50,891 nucleotides of DNA, from contig JAPEUG010000091.1 of assembly GCA_026025795.1 (NCBI GenBank), positions 1 through 50,891 of the forward strand, read 5' to 3'. Below are positions 34,588 to 47,678 of the stretch, one piece after another. Under the pieces are notes generated by a model. That model made no database searches. It was given only the letters and a program-made list of their open reading frames with translations, and was not told where the DNA came from. Origin of the DNA: Thelocarpon superellum. Lineage: Eukaryota. The first letter of the stretch is position 1. Every line of letters begins with the position of its first letter. Both the position numbers and the translations under genes were made by a program.

Positions 34588-37500
34588 GATACGATGTCGG
34601 CCGTGTACGCTGGTTCAGGGGACCGTGACTTGACGACAACACTATTGAGTGTGGTAAGAGAGTCAATGATGTCAGGGGGTGGATGAAGTTGCTGCTGAGG
34701 TCACCCGACCTTTGCTGAGCTTTTCACGTCAGCGGCAATGAGCGGAAGATAACTTGTCACAGATGTGACGCTACTCCTAGTAAGAGGGGCCCTGAAAAGA
34801 CCGTCCGGCTGAAAGAACAGCCAACAGAGTAAGCGTGAAGCGAGGATTTGGTGGCTAGGCCCGGCACGAGTGGGGTGCTGGACGTGGGAGTTGGGGAGCA
34901 GAATGCGATCTCATAGGCCACGCGGGTTGCCATCCCACGTCTCAGGAGAGTATGGTACGATCCTCCTGCCTTAGCAGTCACGCAAGGCTGGCCCCGGCGG
35001 GTTTGAGTCGCTTGATCTCTTTCGGCCGCGCTATCCGGCCAGTCCGTCATATTTCGCGAGCGATCCGACCCCTGGTCCGCGTTTCCTGGAACGCCTTCGC
35101 CAATCGGAAAGGCAGACCCTGTCATCCTGGCCACGTGATCGGGTCGCCGTAGGTGTCGATCAAGACAGCTGATTCACGCGAAGGGAAATGCGACCTCAGC
35201 TTGAACCATCGCTGCAATCTAAGCATCATCCGGCGGGGGAGGCGGGAGGATTGACTAGCTATAAGATGTGGTCGTCCCGGTCCCAAGCTATCGCACCGAA
35301 AGAATACAAGCACTTTGGCCACCTACACGTCATGTCTTTTGTCTTGACAGCCCGCAGCGCTAGTTTCGAATGCTTGCTTTTGGTCTCAGGCCTATCAACG
35401 AGAAAAATCCTCATAACTGCGATTCTCCTACCAGCATGTGGTTTGGCCTGCAAATCCCATGAGCGCAGCATTCGTCGCAAAGCTCCGCCGCGTTGTGTTC
35501 TCGCCATCCGAGTGACAGGAAAGGACAAAGCTTTGGCTTCCTTGCGGTCCCCGTTCCATATCCGTGCAGATTCCCATATCTCACAGATTCCTCCGAGCAT
35601 CATTCGCCTGCACTCCAATCCCGTCCGCATCTGTACCTCGAAATCATTCGCGCTCTGCATGTCATTGTCGCCCCACTTGGAAACGCTGGCCGGCCAAGCG
35701 CTGCCCAACATCGGCCGTTAAAGCGTGCAAGATTGCGCATACCCTACTTTTGGCTCATCTTCACAACGTGCTCGAAGATAATGGTCGATGGGCGACATGG
35801 ACACATATGGTGGCCGTGTGATCATGAGTTGATATGATGTAACACCAAGGCCGCCATGGTCAGGGCTCAGTTGTCCTGAATCGCCCTGAATCGTCTCCAG
35901 AGTCAACGCGTGCTCCGAGTGTGCTGCAATTGAATCGATTCGCTGTTGCGTGATTGGTCCGACTTGATATAAGAAAGACTGGTCGTATGGGTCATGGCTC
36001 AGCGCGTCGGCGCTCTTTCCATGTTGAGCGAGGGTCTGCCGAGCCCGGTTCATCCTCAATCGATCCTCTGCGGATAACTCTGCTTGTTGCGAGGCCTGCT
36101 CACAGTGTCAGCCCATAGTCCGATCCTTGTGCGGCCCACCCGCTGCTCACCGCGAGTTGATGGGCTTGCTGTGCGTTGAGTGCATCTGCATTGAGATAAC
36201 TCGGAGATGTCTGCACGCCAGAAATTCCCAGCCCTGGACCGTTGTACTGCGTTTTTCCCCGAGAAGACGCACTCGTTGACCGGTGCACGACCAAGGAGGA
36301 CGTCGTGGAGTGGGGGCCGGGAGCTGCCATGGACGGGTTCTCTCACTGCGTCAAGGATCCTGCGCTGAATACAGATCTGCCAACGGTACACAGGCTCGTC
36401 ACTTTCGTCCACCCGAATGGGGTTTGGGATTAGAGAGTCCACTCACTGCTTCACGACTGCAATCTTGCCGGCAACGAATGAGCAAGACGATAGCACAGTG
36501 AGCCCAGAAAAACGGCGCCGTTGCGGACCAGCCCCTCGCAGTTCCTAGCGTCAGGAGAGCTTCTCACAAGAGGTAAGGGAGACAGGGAGACCACAGGCCG
36601 ATAACAAGGTACGGAAGCCGGGCACCTTGATCTGATTGGGGATGTAGGGGCTGCTGGAAGTCGATGTCGAATAGGTGCAGGAGCTGGTGGCAACAATAAG
36701 TGCTGCTCCTTCGCGACTTGCAATGGGGACGGGGGCTACTTATGTGCGTTGAGGGTCTCCAAGAACAGTCCAGTGCTGGAACAGACCGGCGGGCCCCCTT
36801 CGAGTCCCCCAGCGATTGGCCGAGGGTGGGAGCAGAGCAGAACCAGTGGGGCCACTGAGAACAGAGCGGGAACAAGGAGGGACCACACGGTTCAGCGCTT
36901 TTTCTATGGCTCTTCTACGCTTCCTCCGATCTGGTACCGCACTGGTACCGCACCAGGATCATAGGGGCTTGCGGCGCTACGGTCCCGCCCAGCCCGATCG
37001 CCAGTTAGCTGGGCCAACTGCGCACCGGGTTCGCCTATATCTTACCGGCTCACGCGCGAGGCGTGCATGACACCAGACGACTGGGTCAATCGGAACGCGA
37101 GAGCCGACTTCCGGGGATCGGGACCCTTTCTGTAGAATGTTGCCTTTGCAGTGAGCCTCTCAGACGTGGACCTACGCCCCGCGAATGCGTGGATAGAAGA
37201 GAGAAGCCAGATTCGCCAGTTCGACCTTCTGCAGGGTGAGGACGGTGGCGTCGCTAGTGATGGACCACGTACCTGCAACCAGTGTAGCCTTCGACATCCC
37301 CGCGCAGCTTGGATTCATGGTCCGCGTTCGTTGCGAGAGCCTCATCTTTTCAGAGATGATTGTAGTAGATTCTCTGGTTGGAGATTGCCATAGGTGAGCG
37401 AGGTTTGTCCGACACGGCGTCACTGGTTGCCATTGGGCGGCGACCCGGCCGCTGAGCCGCGTGAGATCATGGACATAGTCACTATCCTTGCACCCATGTT

Positions 37501-40500
37501 TGAGGTCCACCCATCCGCCGCCTCAGGCCCACCCTCCCTACGCCACCGCCCGAGACGAGAGTGTGCCCGATTCTGAGAAAGCTATCAAGGAAAGCTATAC
37601 ATATTCTCGGCAGATGCTTGAAGCGGCAAAGGCGACACGTCAGCCGTCCTTTGTGCTGGCGACATGGCGTCAGATGGCGCTGCATTACAGGTAGCCTGCC
37701 ACGACTAGAGTCGAGGCACCTTGCGCTCTCTAGGAAGGAGAGTGCGTACAAGCAATGAGTGGCAGCCGAGTCGATTTGGCGTTACGCCGTCTGTGGTACA
37801 ACGAATACAGGACCTACGCACAGTATGCGAGGCTTGCATCGAGTTGGTGGCGTGTAGCCCCGTAGGATCTGCACAATCCTCACGTGGCAGCCACTTTTAG
37901 CGGGAGCTAAGACCGGGGAGGGGGGAGGGGGCTCCTCGCGCCGTTCCAGCCGTTTCCCAGAGTGACGTTGGCGCTAGGAAGGGATGACTTATTGAATTAC
38001 TAGCGTAGGGCGATGGATGACAACGCTAGAGGCTGGAAGATGAGCACCAGAGATTTGTAGAATGGAACCGAACAGGACTTTCATCAGTCCTGCATACCGC
38101 TGAATCGATCTGGACTCTTCCGCTTACGCTAACATGGCGCGGGTGGGTATGAGTAGCCGCGCGATGTGGATAGCGTGGCCCCCTGTGTTGTCCAGCATGT
38201 GCTGTGGCGCGGTCTCGCCAAGTGCCTCGTCGCCCTCGGATCTCTGACATGCAATCGTCGCTGACCCCGTGCGCGGGGCTGCGGGCGTGCCTCTACTAGC
38301 GCTGCTTCCCTAGCGTATGATGTTCGGGGCCCACGAAGGGTATGCATGGATGCTACTGGGACAATCATCATTATCAAATGGGGGCGGCCACCTTGGGTTT
38401 AGGTGGCCCACATCTTCAGCCATCATTGTGTCTACCTTGTTACGAAGCGAGGTGGTTTCATCGAACGTGGGCGACAAGAGCCGCTGATTTACCTGTGCGA
38501 GGGTGGCGCCAGTTCGCTGAAACGGTCTTCATAGGTCGGGACCGCGAGAGTAATCCTGTGGTCCCCCCCTAGTCGAGTCTAAGTGGACGGCAAGATCACT
38601 GGCAGCGGGCGTGAGACTAAGGGCCTCCCACGAGGGAGGGCGGCTAGCTGAAGGTTATTCGTGCTATTTCATCGCCTGCATTCCTCGCCGAGAGTGTACT
38701 TCGTACATGCATATGCAACCCACGTTTGGTGCAGACTGGCCTGGGCCGTGCTCCCCGCGCGACCCGACGGAAGTACATCGGCTCCCGGGGATGCCGGCCT
38801 AGGGTCCGTTACTAGCTGATTGGGCTGCATAACCCCAAATGAGGCCACTTGATTGGCGAGCGTGCCGTGGGGTCCAGTCTCAAACCGATCAGCTATGTTC
38901 CATGGAGACACGTATGATGACGAGAGGCAGGTAGAGTGCACCGGGATGATCGGAACGTCGTCAGCCGGCAACGTTGTGGAGGCATTCATGTCAGCACAGT
39001 CACCGGCCAGACGCCGTCCGTTCGTCCCAGTACACCGTACCTGCCTCATCGATCCCGAGCTCACGGACATCACGAGCGTTGTTTCGTTCTCCTCGAGCCT
39101 AGGAACAAGATGAGGCTCGGCGCTAGGGGATACATATTCAGACCTGGCATTTTGGGGACCCATGTTAGGCAGCTAGCTATGCAGGTCGGCGTCGGTAGGA
39201 AGAGTCGGTGTCGCTGCTTGCTGATCGATTGGCATAGACCAAGCCTCGAGAAATTCCTGGATTCGGGCAGTTCGGCCGCACGTCTGCGTAGCTTGGTTCG
39301 AGCGGGGCAAAGCCGGTTACCACGGTTGTGGAGAGAAAAATGACGTGCACGGTCTCAGAATCACCACCGCATTGAAGTTGGAACTCGACCGATTACCGAA
39401 CGCCCCAGCGGGAGGGGCCTGTCTCACTTTGTTTGTACTACGGGACAGCACTCGGTTCCTTCCTTCCACTGCCGCCAGCGGGAACCTTTCGTTTATCGCC
39501 CTCTACCAGTAGTACCCGCGTCCTGTGCCTTGCCTCGAGCATGGCGTAGATTGACAGAGGCAGTTAACTTACTCGCGCAGTCCAGTGAGTGACATGTGCG
39601 AAACACTTCACGCTACCTCCCATTGCTGGGTTGTAGCGAGTGACTCCGCGTCGCCGGAACCCCGCCTCACGATTTTGGATGAGTCCTTCACCGCCATCCA
39701 GCCTTACCGGTCCCGGCACCTCTTCCTACTGGTCCAGAGATGCGACGTGCAGATTATCCCCGGGCGCGCCCGGGGAAGCAGGCCGTCGTCCCGGAGATGT
39801 AGATGCTCTACCGTGGTTGAGCCGTCGCCCCAGTCGAGTAGTATCCATGGTGCCGGTATTGCCTTATCGTCGCCGTCCGTCGACCCATTCTGCGGGAAAC
39901 GGTCTCGAGAGTTTAAGCATCGCTCGGGGAAGCGGGTGAAGTTCCCCCAGGGGCATCGGCACCAATGGGCGTCGCTGCCCCAGCACGTCTTCCCGGCTCG
40001 CTTGTGCCCAAGCCTTCGGACTGAACCGATTCCATGGCGTCGGGCTCCTCTGAGGTCCGAGCTCCAGAGCTTAATCGCCCTGTCGCCCATCGCCTTTTCG
40101 CCCGGGCCGTTCCCAGCCCCGGCACAGATGTCAGACGACGTCGGGCGGTCGCGTCATCTCCAAAGATGGCAGGAAGCTAAGTGGGGATGCTGCGTCATCT
40201 TGGAGGTACCGAAATCAGAGGCTTGAGAGCAGCCTGCGCCGCGGATTAGGTCCAGGATCCCGAGGCCGGCGCTCAGACCCCTAGGCTTCATGCTCACGAA
40301 CTTGGCGCCGCCGATCAAAGTTGCCATCCGGCTCCCCGACTAATGCCACAGTGGGTTTGGGCCACATCCTTGCCTCATGGGCACGCACCATGACCATTGT
40401 CCTTGTCGCATCGAGGCTTGATCGTAACCGGTGACGCAGCCCATTCACCCTATTTGCCCGGTGGGGAACTGATCCGTCTTCCCGGAATGCAACAGGTGAT

Positions 40501-41207
40501 ATCGCTTTAGTGTCCGGCCGGAGGACGGTCCTTCTTCCCCATGGCAGATACTGGTTTCCTCGATGTTGGCTCGCCCGTGGCCACGAACCATTGGTCCCGC
40601 GACAAACAAGCGGTCAGCAGCTTATTCTAGGCTGCTAACTAGTGACTACGAAGGAAATCTTCTCGAGGAACGTTTCTTGGAGACTACTGTGACCTCGCGT
40701 AGCCTTGTGTTCTGAGGCGTAGTATTTCGCCTGATGAGCAACCCCGCGCCCTCTGCCTTCTCCTGTCTCGTCTCGTCTTCTCCTCTGGCTTACAAATTAC
40801 ATCTTCGTCCGGCGCTCATTGCTGACAATATTGCCAGTATAAGACTAGGGCCATTGAAGCAGCAAGTAATTCGCAAAGTAAAGATGTTTAATTCCTTTCT
40901 AGTACGAGAGAGAAAAGTAACCACTATGCGCCGTTGACGAAAATTTTTGCAACATATTCTTTCTCCCTCAAACTGTCCTCACGAATACACGGATTCTGAA
41001 AATCCCATCTCTACCCGTCTGCACTTTACGACGGGACGAATTGGAAAAGGGAGAGGTCTTTACAGACCTTTTTATTACAGTCCAGATTCGTACTTCAGTT
41101 TATTGGTGAGACCTCGTTCCCGTGTTGAGAGCACGGAATCATCAAAACCCTCCGATTATTACCCCGATTCTCCTTCATGTTTGCGAGCGGATGCCTCGTT
41201 CACTTTC

Positions 41208-42100
41208 TCACTTGCCAGCAGAGGCCGTCATGGCCTTGACGTTGGTGAAGAATGTTTCCTGACGATGGGACTCAAACGAATCGTACCATTTTTTCGCATC
41301 GCCCACGGGGATCTCGGTATCGCCACGCACCAGGCCGGCGTAGGCATCGTCCGTGAATTTATCAAGCGGCATGCCGCCCGCCGGGCCTTTATAGTCGGGT
41401 TGGTGTTTGGCGTCATGTAACTCCGCTACAAGAAGACATTTCCGTCAGATAGATTCCTCTCGAACACAGAAGCCGATGCATTGGAAAAACGAGGCATAAG
41501 AAAAGAGAATAGGGCAGGGAGCCACTTACTGTCCACCATGGGCGGGAAAATCTCCACCACCGCGACAGCACTATCTTTAACCTGCTGACGAAAGACGAGG
41601 AGGAACTGATGCAGGGCGGCTTTGGTGGCGCAGTAGTTGGGACAGCGCAAGATGGGCACGAGCGCGAGCCCCGAGCTCATATAGACGAGCGCCGACCTGG
41701 ACTTCTTCGCCTGCAGGAAGGGGAGGAAAGCCTTGGTCAGGTGGATGTAGGACAGGTAGTTGGTGGTGAATTCCGTCTCGACCTGTTCGAGATCGACGGA
41801 ATCCGGGTGGGCGAAATCGGTGCCGCGCTGGATGCCCGAGTTGAGTATCACGCAGTCCAGGTCTGGGTGGGCTTTCGTGATCTTGGCTGCAAAGGCGGGG
41901 ATCTCGGACAGGGCGTTGACGTCAAAGGTGACCGCCGTGGCTTTGTCGCTGCCGTGCGACGAGACGAAGGCGTCCAGTCGTTCTTGTCGTCGTCCGACTG
42001 CAATCACGCTGCCTCCTTCCTGGGTTATCCGTGCTGCTAGGGCTTCGCCAATGCCTGAGGTTGCGCCGAGAACCAGCGTCTTGTGATATGGGAACGGCAT
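41208..42100 (-). CDS. Short-chain dehydrogenase/reductase, DltE-like; two exons
   Basis: Exons 42100-41530 and 41425-41208 around a GTAAGT..TAG intron. Rossmann motif GATSGIG, NSGIQR, SSGLA, catalytic YCATK and PPMVDTELHD. Confidence 0.93.
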
Positions 42101-44337
42101 GATGATGGTGGAAGTGCGATGGACAAGATACGGTCGATTGTGATGCGGCTCGGGAGGGCACAAGGAAGAGAGAATATGGAGGTGAACGGCACGACCTTCT
42201 TGCTTACTGTATGATTGAAATACGGAAGGCAATTTGAAAAAGCAAATCATCCTGCCCAAGTACGCTGGACCTCCTGTAGCGAATGTTTTGCCATGACGTT
42301 GTATGTATGACGTTATCGATTGATCATGACGTCGACTGAGCGTCAAACGACGCTAGATCCAAGCTCTATGATGCCTCTCCCGCAATCATTGACAGGATAC
42401 TGTCAACTGCCTTGCGGACATGATCTGTGCGGCCGCTCACGTAGCGATAGAGTAGTGCTCGATGCTTTCGAGGATTCCTAGAGTCTGGAGGGCTCCAAGG
42501 TTACGGGCTGTTTGGCGCGAGTTGCTCCGTTACGTGATTACTTAGAGTTGTCCCCTACTTAATCCCACAATCACCGTCTCGTGGAGGGTCACCCATCGAA
42601 GCGACATTAGGAAGTCTCCCGTCCGTCTAACAGGCGCCGAGCTCTACATACTCATGTCAGCGGCGGAAGTCACACTCATGTCAGGGTAACCAATCCACAT
42701 CCTTCCTCCGCCAGGACCACAAGCTCAGATGATAGCACCCCACAGAGAGATATAAGCTCCAACGGCCTCGCTGTAGTCTCGCACGCTCACTGGCTGAGGC
42801 TCCGGGATTACACACCATGATCACCGGGTAATGTATTTGGAGTGCTTCCCCAACGGAGCGTGTCTCGAGAACGGACCGACGATGCGTTCAACTCTAGGAT
42901 CCGGTACGAACTTCACCATGCGCTCGCCAAGCTAGTCGCTGCTACTATTCTCCTTCTCTGTGCAAACACGCCAAGCCAATCAAGGCACAGCTTGGATGAG
43001 CATGCTGGAGTGGCAGTGGATTGGGCTTGCAAAAATTGGGAGGGGTGCAATGTGGCAAGGGTTGAGGTGTTACGTCGTGGAGCTAACCGAGGTGTTTCGG
43101 CGTCCAGGAGAAAGACTGGATCGCAACAACTTTGGACAGATGTAGATGACCTGAAATCTCACCCACGGTCATTTTACTGTCTTCAAGGTATGCGAAAGTC
43201 CTCTTAAGTTCTCAGGTTCCATGATGAATAAATGATCTTGGTGACGCCGTCGTGTAAGCCATCCGAGAGAGTGACCGGAACTTATCAGCCGACTGGAAGC
43301 ATCGGAAGCTTCTAAACGATAGCTTTATCTATGTGGTAGAGCCGTACAGTCCAGCGTGTCATATGGTCATCGGTGTTTGCAGACGGACGACCGTAAGAAC
43401 GGTGCTTGGAGCTGAGCGCACCCACGGGCAGATCTCGGCAGGTGAGACGAAACAGGTCGGATGATGGCGTAAGGAATTGATGGTAGATCAGCACTCGTTA
43501 CTCGTAGTGGGGTGGGAAGGAGGAAAATGATTGGCTGCGTATGCCGCAGGCTCTTAGCGAGGCGGCCCGCTCCGTCCGGCCCGTACTCGTAGGTGGCTCG
43601 CTCGGCTCCGCCTCGTAATGCTTTCAGCTTCGGTAAGTCCAGCAAGGAAAAGTCGCCAAGCTAAGCAGGGCCTTTCCGATGCCATTCCTGACGCTCGTAC
43701 GAGTGATAAGTAGAGAATACAAAATACGGAGTACGGACTGCGGACGACTACGAAACCAAGAACAAGGGCCAACATCGATCGGTACTTGTATTCTACACTT
43801 GACACGGCGGAACGTCGGGCACGGTTCCTACCAAGCGACCAGGGCCAGGTGGGTGGGGCTGCTTCTTCGATGTAGCGTGACGGCATCCACATGCGAGTCC
43901 TCACCTCGTTTCAAACGGGCGCCGGCGGACGGTGCCGGCGTCGATGCTGGCGACGTCGGCGGTGCTAGCGTCATCGTTTCTTTTCCATCTGTAACCCGTC
44001 GTACAACAGGGCGGATGATTCCCGCGAAAGCATCCCGCGGAGCTGTCTGCCCTGCTTCCTGCAGAACGCGACCGTTCCGGTGGCGGTTGCATTGATAGCC
44101 GTGCTGGCTCATCCTACTGTGGCCGCCCCTGCAGGACGCGAGACGCAAGGCAAGGTAAGGTAAGGGGGATGGGGATGCAGTGGAGTGCATGGAGGGCGAA
44201 AGCAAAAGCAAAGGTGAGAGCAAAGACGCAGGCAATGTGCCTTCCCTACTTCCCCGGTCCGAATTGCCCATCGGATACGGATTTAAACCAGCCGACCCGA
44301 CATGTCATGCGACGCGACGGGTGGACTATTTATGTAT

Positions 44338-44386
44338 TGCCTGTCTGCCTGCCCGCATGCCTGCCTGCATGCCTGCCTGCTTGCCT
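44338..44386 (+). repeat. Imperfect (TGCC)n microsatellite
   Basis: Seen directly. Confidence 0.85.
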
Positions 44387-44553
44387 AAAGGGAAGGGCTA
44401 GGGGCTCGGGGCTAGGGTCTCCAAGCTCCGGTCAGGACGGGAGAGGGGGGATGCGGTCACACGACGGAAGCTCGGCTGCTTCGGCGTTGCTTCTCTGGTG
44501 TGACGGCGTCGGTGGGACGACGGGGGCCGGGATAGCAACGCTTGACACTTCGC

Positions 44554-44579
44554 CGACGAGCGACGAGCGACGAGCGACG
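44554..44579 (+). repeat. (CGACGAG)3+ tandem repeat
   Basis: Seen directly. Confidence 0.85.
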
Positions 44580-45177
44580 CGGGCGACGGCGGGCGACGGC
44601 GGGTCGGAGCAGGATCGGACGGGTTGCCCGTCACTCGCTGCGTTCCACCGGCACCAGGACCATGCGTGTTGTGTCAGATGGCGCGGCCGGCCGTATGCGG
44701 ATGGGTGGCTTGGCGCGGCGCACATGTGAGGCCAGCCATGCGACGACGGTTTGGCGTGTCGTGTGGAATGGCACCGTGCTGGAGAGGCCAGCGCGTACGA
44801 CGTCGGTTATGCAGCTTTGGACGGGCTAACCTACGGAGTTCGGTCCGGACGACGCGTCCCGGCCAGGGTGGAAGGTCCGGAGCGGGCAATAACGCGCGTG
44901 GAAGTCGTCTTCTCCTATTGGAAATCGGGGTATTCCACGCCGGCGTTCGATTCACATCCGGCACGTCTCAAAAGATGCCATGCGTCAAAATCGGATACAT
45001 CCCTCATGAATGTCGTTGTGGTGATGACCCACCGATGAAAATGGGTACCATGCTGTCTACACCCGGCAGGGCATTACACCAGACAGGATCGTCAGAAATC
45101 TCCGCTGGTCAGTAGTACAGGGGGATGACGCAAAGTCCGCCGTGACGCCATGAGGTGGCGTGGCACCGGCGTGGCCT

Positions 45178-46794
45178 CTAACCGTCCCGTTTTCCTCGCT
45201 TCCAGTCGCGCAACTCGGCCGACACCTGCGCCACCCATGCCGATGCCGTCCACCGCTGCGCAAGGTCCTTCTTGAGCGCACCGCCAAGCGCCCGATCGAC
45301 CAGCTTCCCCTTCATCACGCGCGAGGCCTGCTCTCCTTGGCGAACGGTGTCAAGCGGGTGTCCATGACGCGCCAAGGCCAGTTTCTGATAGCTGCTGCTC
45401 ACGTTGGCGTACAGGTCCTCGCCGATGGCGGGCACTAACAGCGTCGCGGCCAGCGCGTAGATGTCGGCCGCGGGAGTAGCGACGGCCCGCTCGCCACTGC
45501 GGTGGTGAAAAGCCTCGAGAAGCTCGGGTGCGGTGTAGGAGGTCGTGACTGCGCTGATCTCCTCTTGGTCCGTGCGGTCCTGCATGACGTGCGAGGAGGA
45601 AAAGTCACAGTAGATGGGGTCGAGCACCGGGCCATGCTCGGCGAAAGGATCCGTGGGCCCGGCGCGACTGACTCGCAGGAGGATGTTCATGGGCTTGACG
45701 TCACCGTGCACGACCTGCTCGCCGTGAAGAAAGTCGAGTCCGGCGACGAGGTGCGTGGCGAAGTGGAGCCACTGCCGCGGTCCCACCAGAGGCTCGAGCA
45801 TGGACTGGGTGGAAAAGTCGTCCTTGACCGAGCGCGCGCGTTGCTGGGTGAAGGCCGCCAGGGTCAGCGGGAGAGCTTCGAAGACGAGCGAGTTGCTGGC
45901 GCCGTCAAATCCGAAAAAGGAGACGACGTGCTGTTGTGCTTGGCTGACGCGCGTGGCCGATCCGGAATGTAGGTAGGTCAGGATGCGGGCCTCTTTCTGA
46001 AGAATGGGCTTGGGATCCTCCAGAGTCTTGGCGAGCGGCGACTTGACGGCAATGATGCGCGGGCCGGTGGCGCCTTTGGGGCCCGGCCCATATGGCGACT
46101 CCGGGGGGGATGGGAGTGATGGATCGAGGGTCGAGGGGCGGGTGGTGATGGGTTCTCGATACAAGGCTTGATAGACGATGCTCCAAGCCCCTTTCCCATA
46201 TTCGGTGAATCCACGCGACGTGTCACCCCGGAGCTCGTAGCGGCCTCGGAAGGTGCGGGGGGCCATGCTGGACGAGTAGACGACGCCACCGATTTGCTCG
46301 GGCTCGAGCGGGCGTGCAAAGTCGCGGGCATCTGGAAGGCGGCTGGGGTTGGGCACGGTGCGTGTGTCGGCCAGGCGGACCGGAGGCTTGTCGCGGGATG
46401 ACGAGACGCCCGAAGAGGGAGGACGTGGGGCATCCAGCTCTCGAGCATACTTGGTCTTGCCGCTGCTCGACCGTTTCGTGCTCTGGGGCGTGGCTGGAGG
46501 GGACATGATGGCCAAATCAGACTTGCGGGTCCGCGACGTCAGCGAGACGGAGCTGGTGGGGGGTAACGAGGGCATGGTCGACTCGGACTCTATTTGAGCA
46601 GCAGCAGCCTCCTTCACGACACTGTCGTCCGTGGAGGAGGGCGATGGAGGGCTGAGGGAGCGGCCAGGTGCAGAGAGCGAGACGTCGTCGGGCGACTGCG
46701 CGGAGGTGGTGCGCACGGCGAGATTGGGTCGGAAGGCCAGGGTGCGGGAGATGTCGATGGGCTTAACGGTGGAAGAAGGGGAGGGAGAAGACAT
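45178..46794 (-). CDS. Atypical Ser/Thr protein kinase with a long Ser/Pro-rich N-terminus; single exon
   Basis: YGKGAWSIVY (Gly loop), IAVK, KEARIL (helix C Glu), VVHGDVKPMNILL, YCDFS, TTSYTAPE and ADIYAL. Confidence 0.88.
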   Translation of the reverse strand: MSSPSPSSTVKPIDISRTLAFRPNLAVRTTSAQSPDDVSLSAPGRSLSPPSPSSTDDSVVKEAAAAQIESESTMPSLPPTSSVSLTSRTRKSDLAIMSPPATPQSTKRSSSGKTKYARELDAPRPPSSGVSSSRDKPPVRLADTRTVPNPSRLPDARDFARPLEPEQIGGVVYSSSMAPRTFRGRYELRGDTSRGFTEYGKGAWSIVYQALYREPITTRPSTLDPSLPSPPESPYGPGPKGATGPRIIAVKSPLAKTLEDPKPILQKEARILTYLHSGSATRVSQAQQHVVSFFGFDGASNSLVFEALPLTLAAFTQQRARSVKDDFSTQSMLEPLVGPRQWLHFATHLVAGLDFLHGEQVVHGDVKPMNILLRVSRAGPTDPFAEHGPVLDPIYCDFSSSHVMQDRTDQEEISAVTTSYTAPELLEAFHHRSGERAVATPAADIYALAATLLVPAIGEDLYANVSSSYQKLALARHGHPLDTVRQGEQASRVMKGKLVDRALGGALKKDLAQRWTASAWVAQVSAELRDWKRGKRDG

Positions 46795-47654
46795 GACGAT
46801 GGCTGTGGGGGATGAGCACCCTCGCCGAGCTCGAGGCCAGCGCCCGCCGTTCTACGACCGATCCAGCTATTCACGAGTAGGCGCATCCATGGTCCGGCGA
46901 CGGAAGTGCCAGTTGTGACTCCCGAGACTGACGTGGACGCAGGCAGAATTCCAATGTCACCCAGTCCTCCCAGGTCACCCAGCTCGCCGAGCTTGTCCAG
47001 CAGGAACTTGGTGGCACCAGACGAAGGAGACGAGGGGAGGTGACGAGGAAGAGAAGCCAGAACTGGGAGCAGCAAGTGAGGAGGACACGACGACGCAGGC
47101 GTCCGAAAACGGAGATCAGTACATGTGGACGACAGAGGGAACGCCACAGGGTCTGTGACGAGGAGCAACGTCGTCGCGCGTCTCCAAGCGACGGCGGCGC
47201 CGCTCCAGCCGCGGCTTCATGGAAGTGGGCGTTGCCGTCATATCGCGACGTGACGAGGGAGGAGCCCGGAGTGGGGATGGTGCGGGGCTCAACGAGCCTA
47301 GGGGTCAGGGAATCAGGGAATCCGGGAAGTAGGGAAATCTGGGTCGCAACGACCTAGTTTCGACCAAGGACAGGTCTCCTTGGGTCCTACCAGCTACCTA
47401 CCGAGGTGTGATGAGACGTTGGCCGGGGGTGGCGACTACTACCGGAATATCGCTGGGGCCACTGCACCCGGACGTCGCAGTGGAAGCGACGCGAGCCATC
47501 AGCTAGAAGCTCTGGAGCTTGCACCCTCGCGCCACTTCGCCACGGTGGAGTGGTGAGTGGTGAGCGGTAACGCGAGGTAGCGTGACGCTGCGCAACGTGC
47601 GACGCCTTCGTTTCCTACTGGCTCGGACAGTCTCGGGCACATAACGGCCAGGAT

Positions 47655-47678
47655 CGTACCCGTACCCGTACCCGTACC
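47655..47678 (+). repeat. (CGTACC)4 hexamer repeat
   Basis: Seen directly. Confidence 0.9.

Noticed and set aside
34674..34789. Two AGGGG (STRE-like) motifs upstream of trehalase
   Set aside because: Plausible by analogy to yeast NTH1, but a 5-mer is too frequent in this GC-rich sequence to support a call.
43216..43281. ATGATGA with flanking GTTCC/GGAAC, resembling a C/D snoRNA
   Set aside because: No CTGA D box next to the 3' stem and no recognisable rRNA guide.
44940..44960. GTTCGATTC tRNA T-loop-like motif (also near 16580)
   Set aside because: The flanks cannot form a T stem or a cloverleaf.
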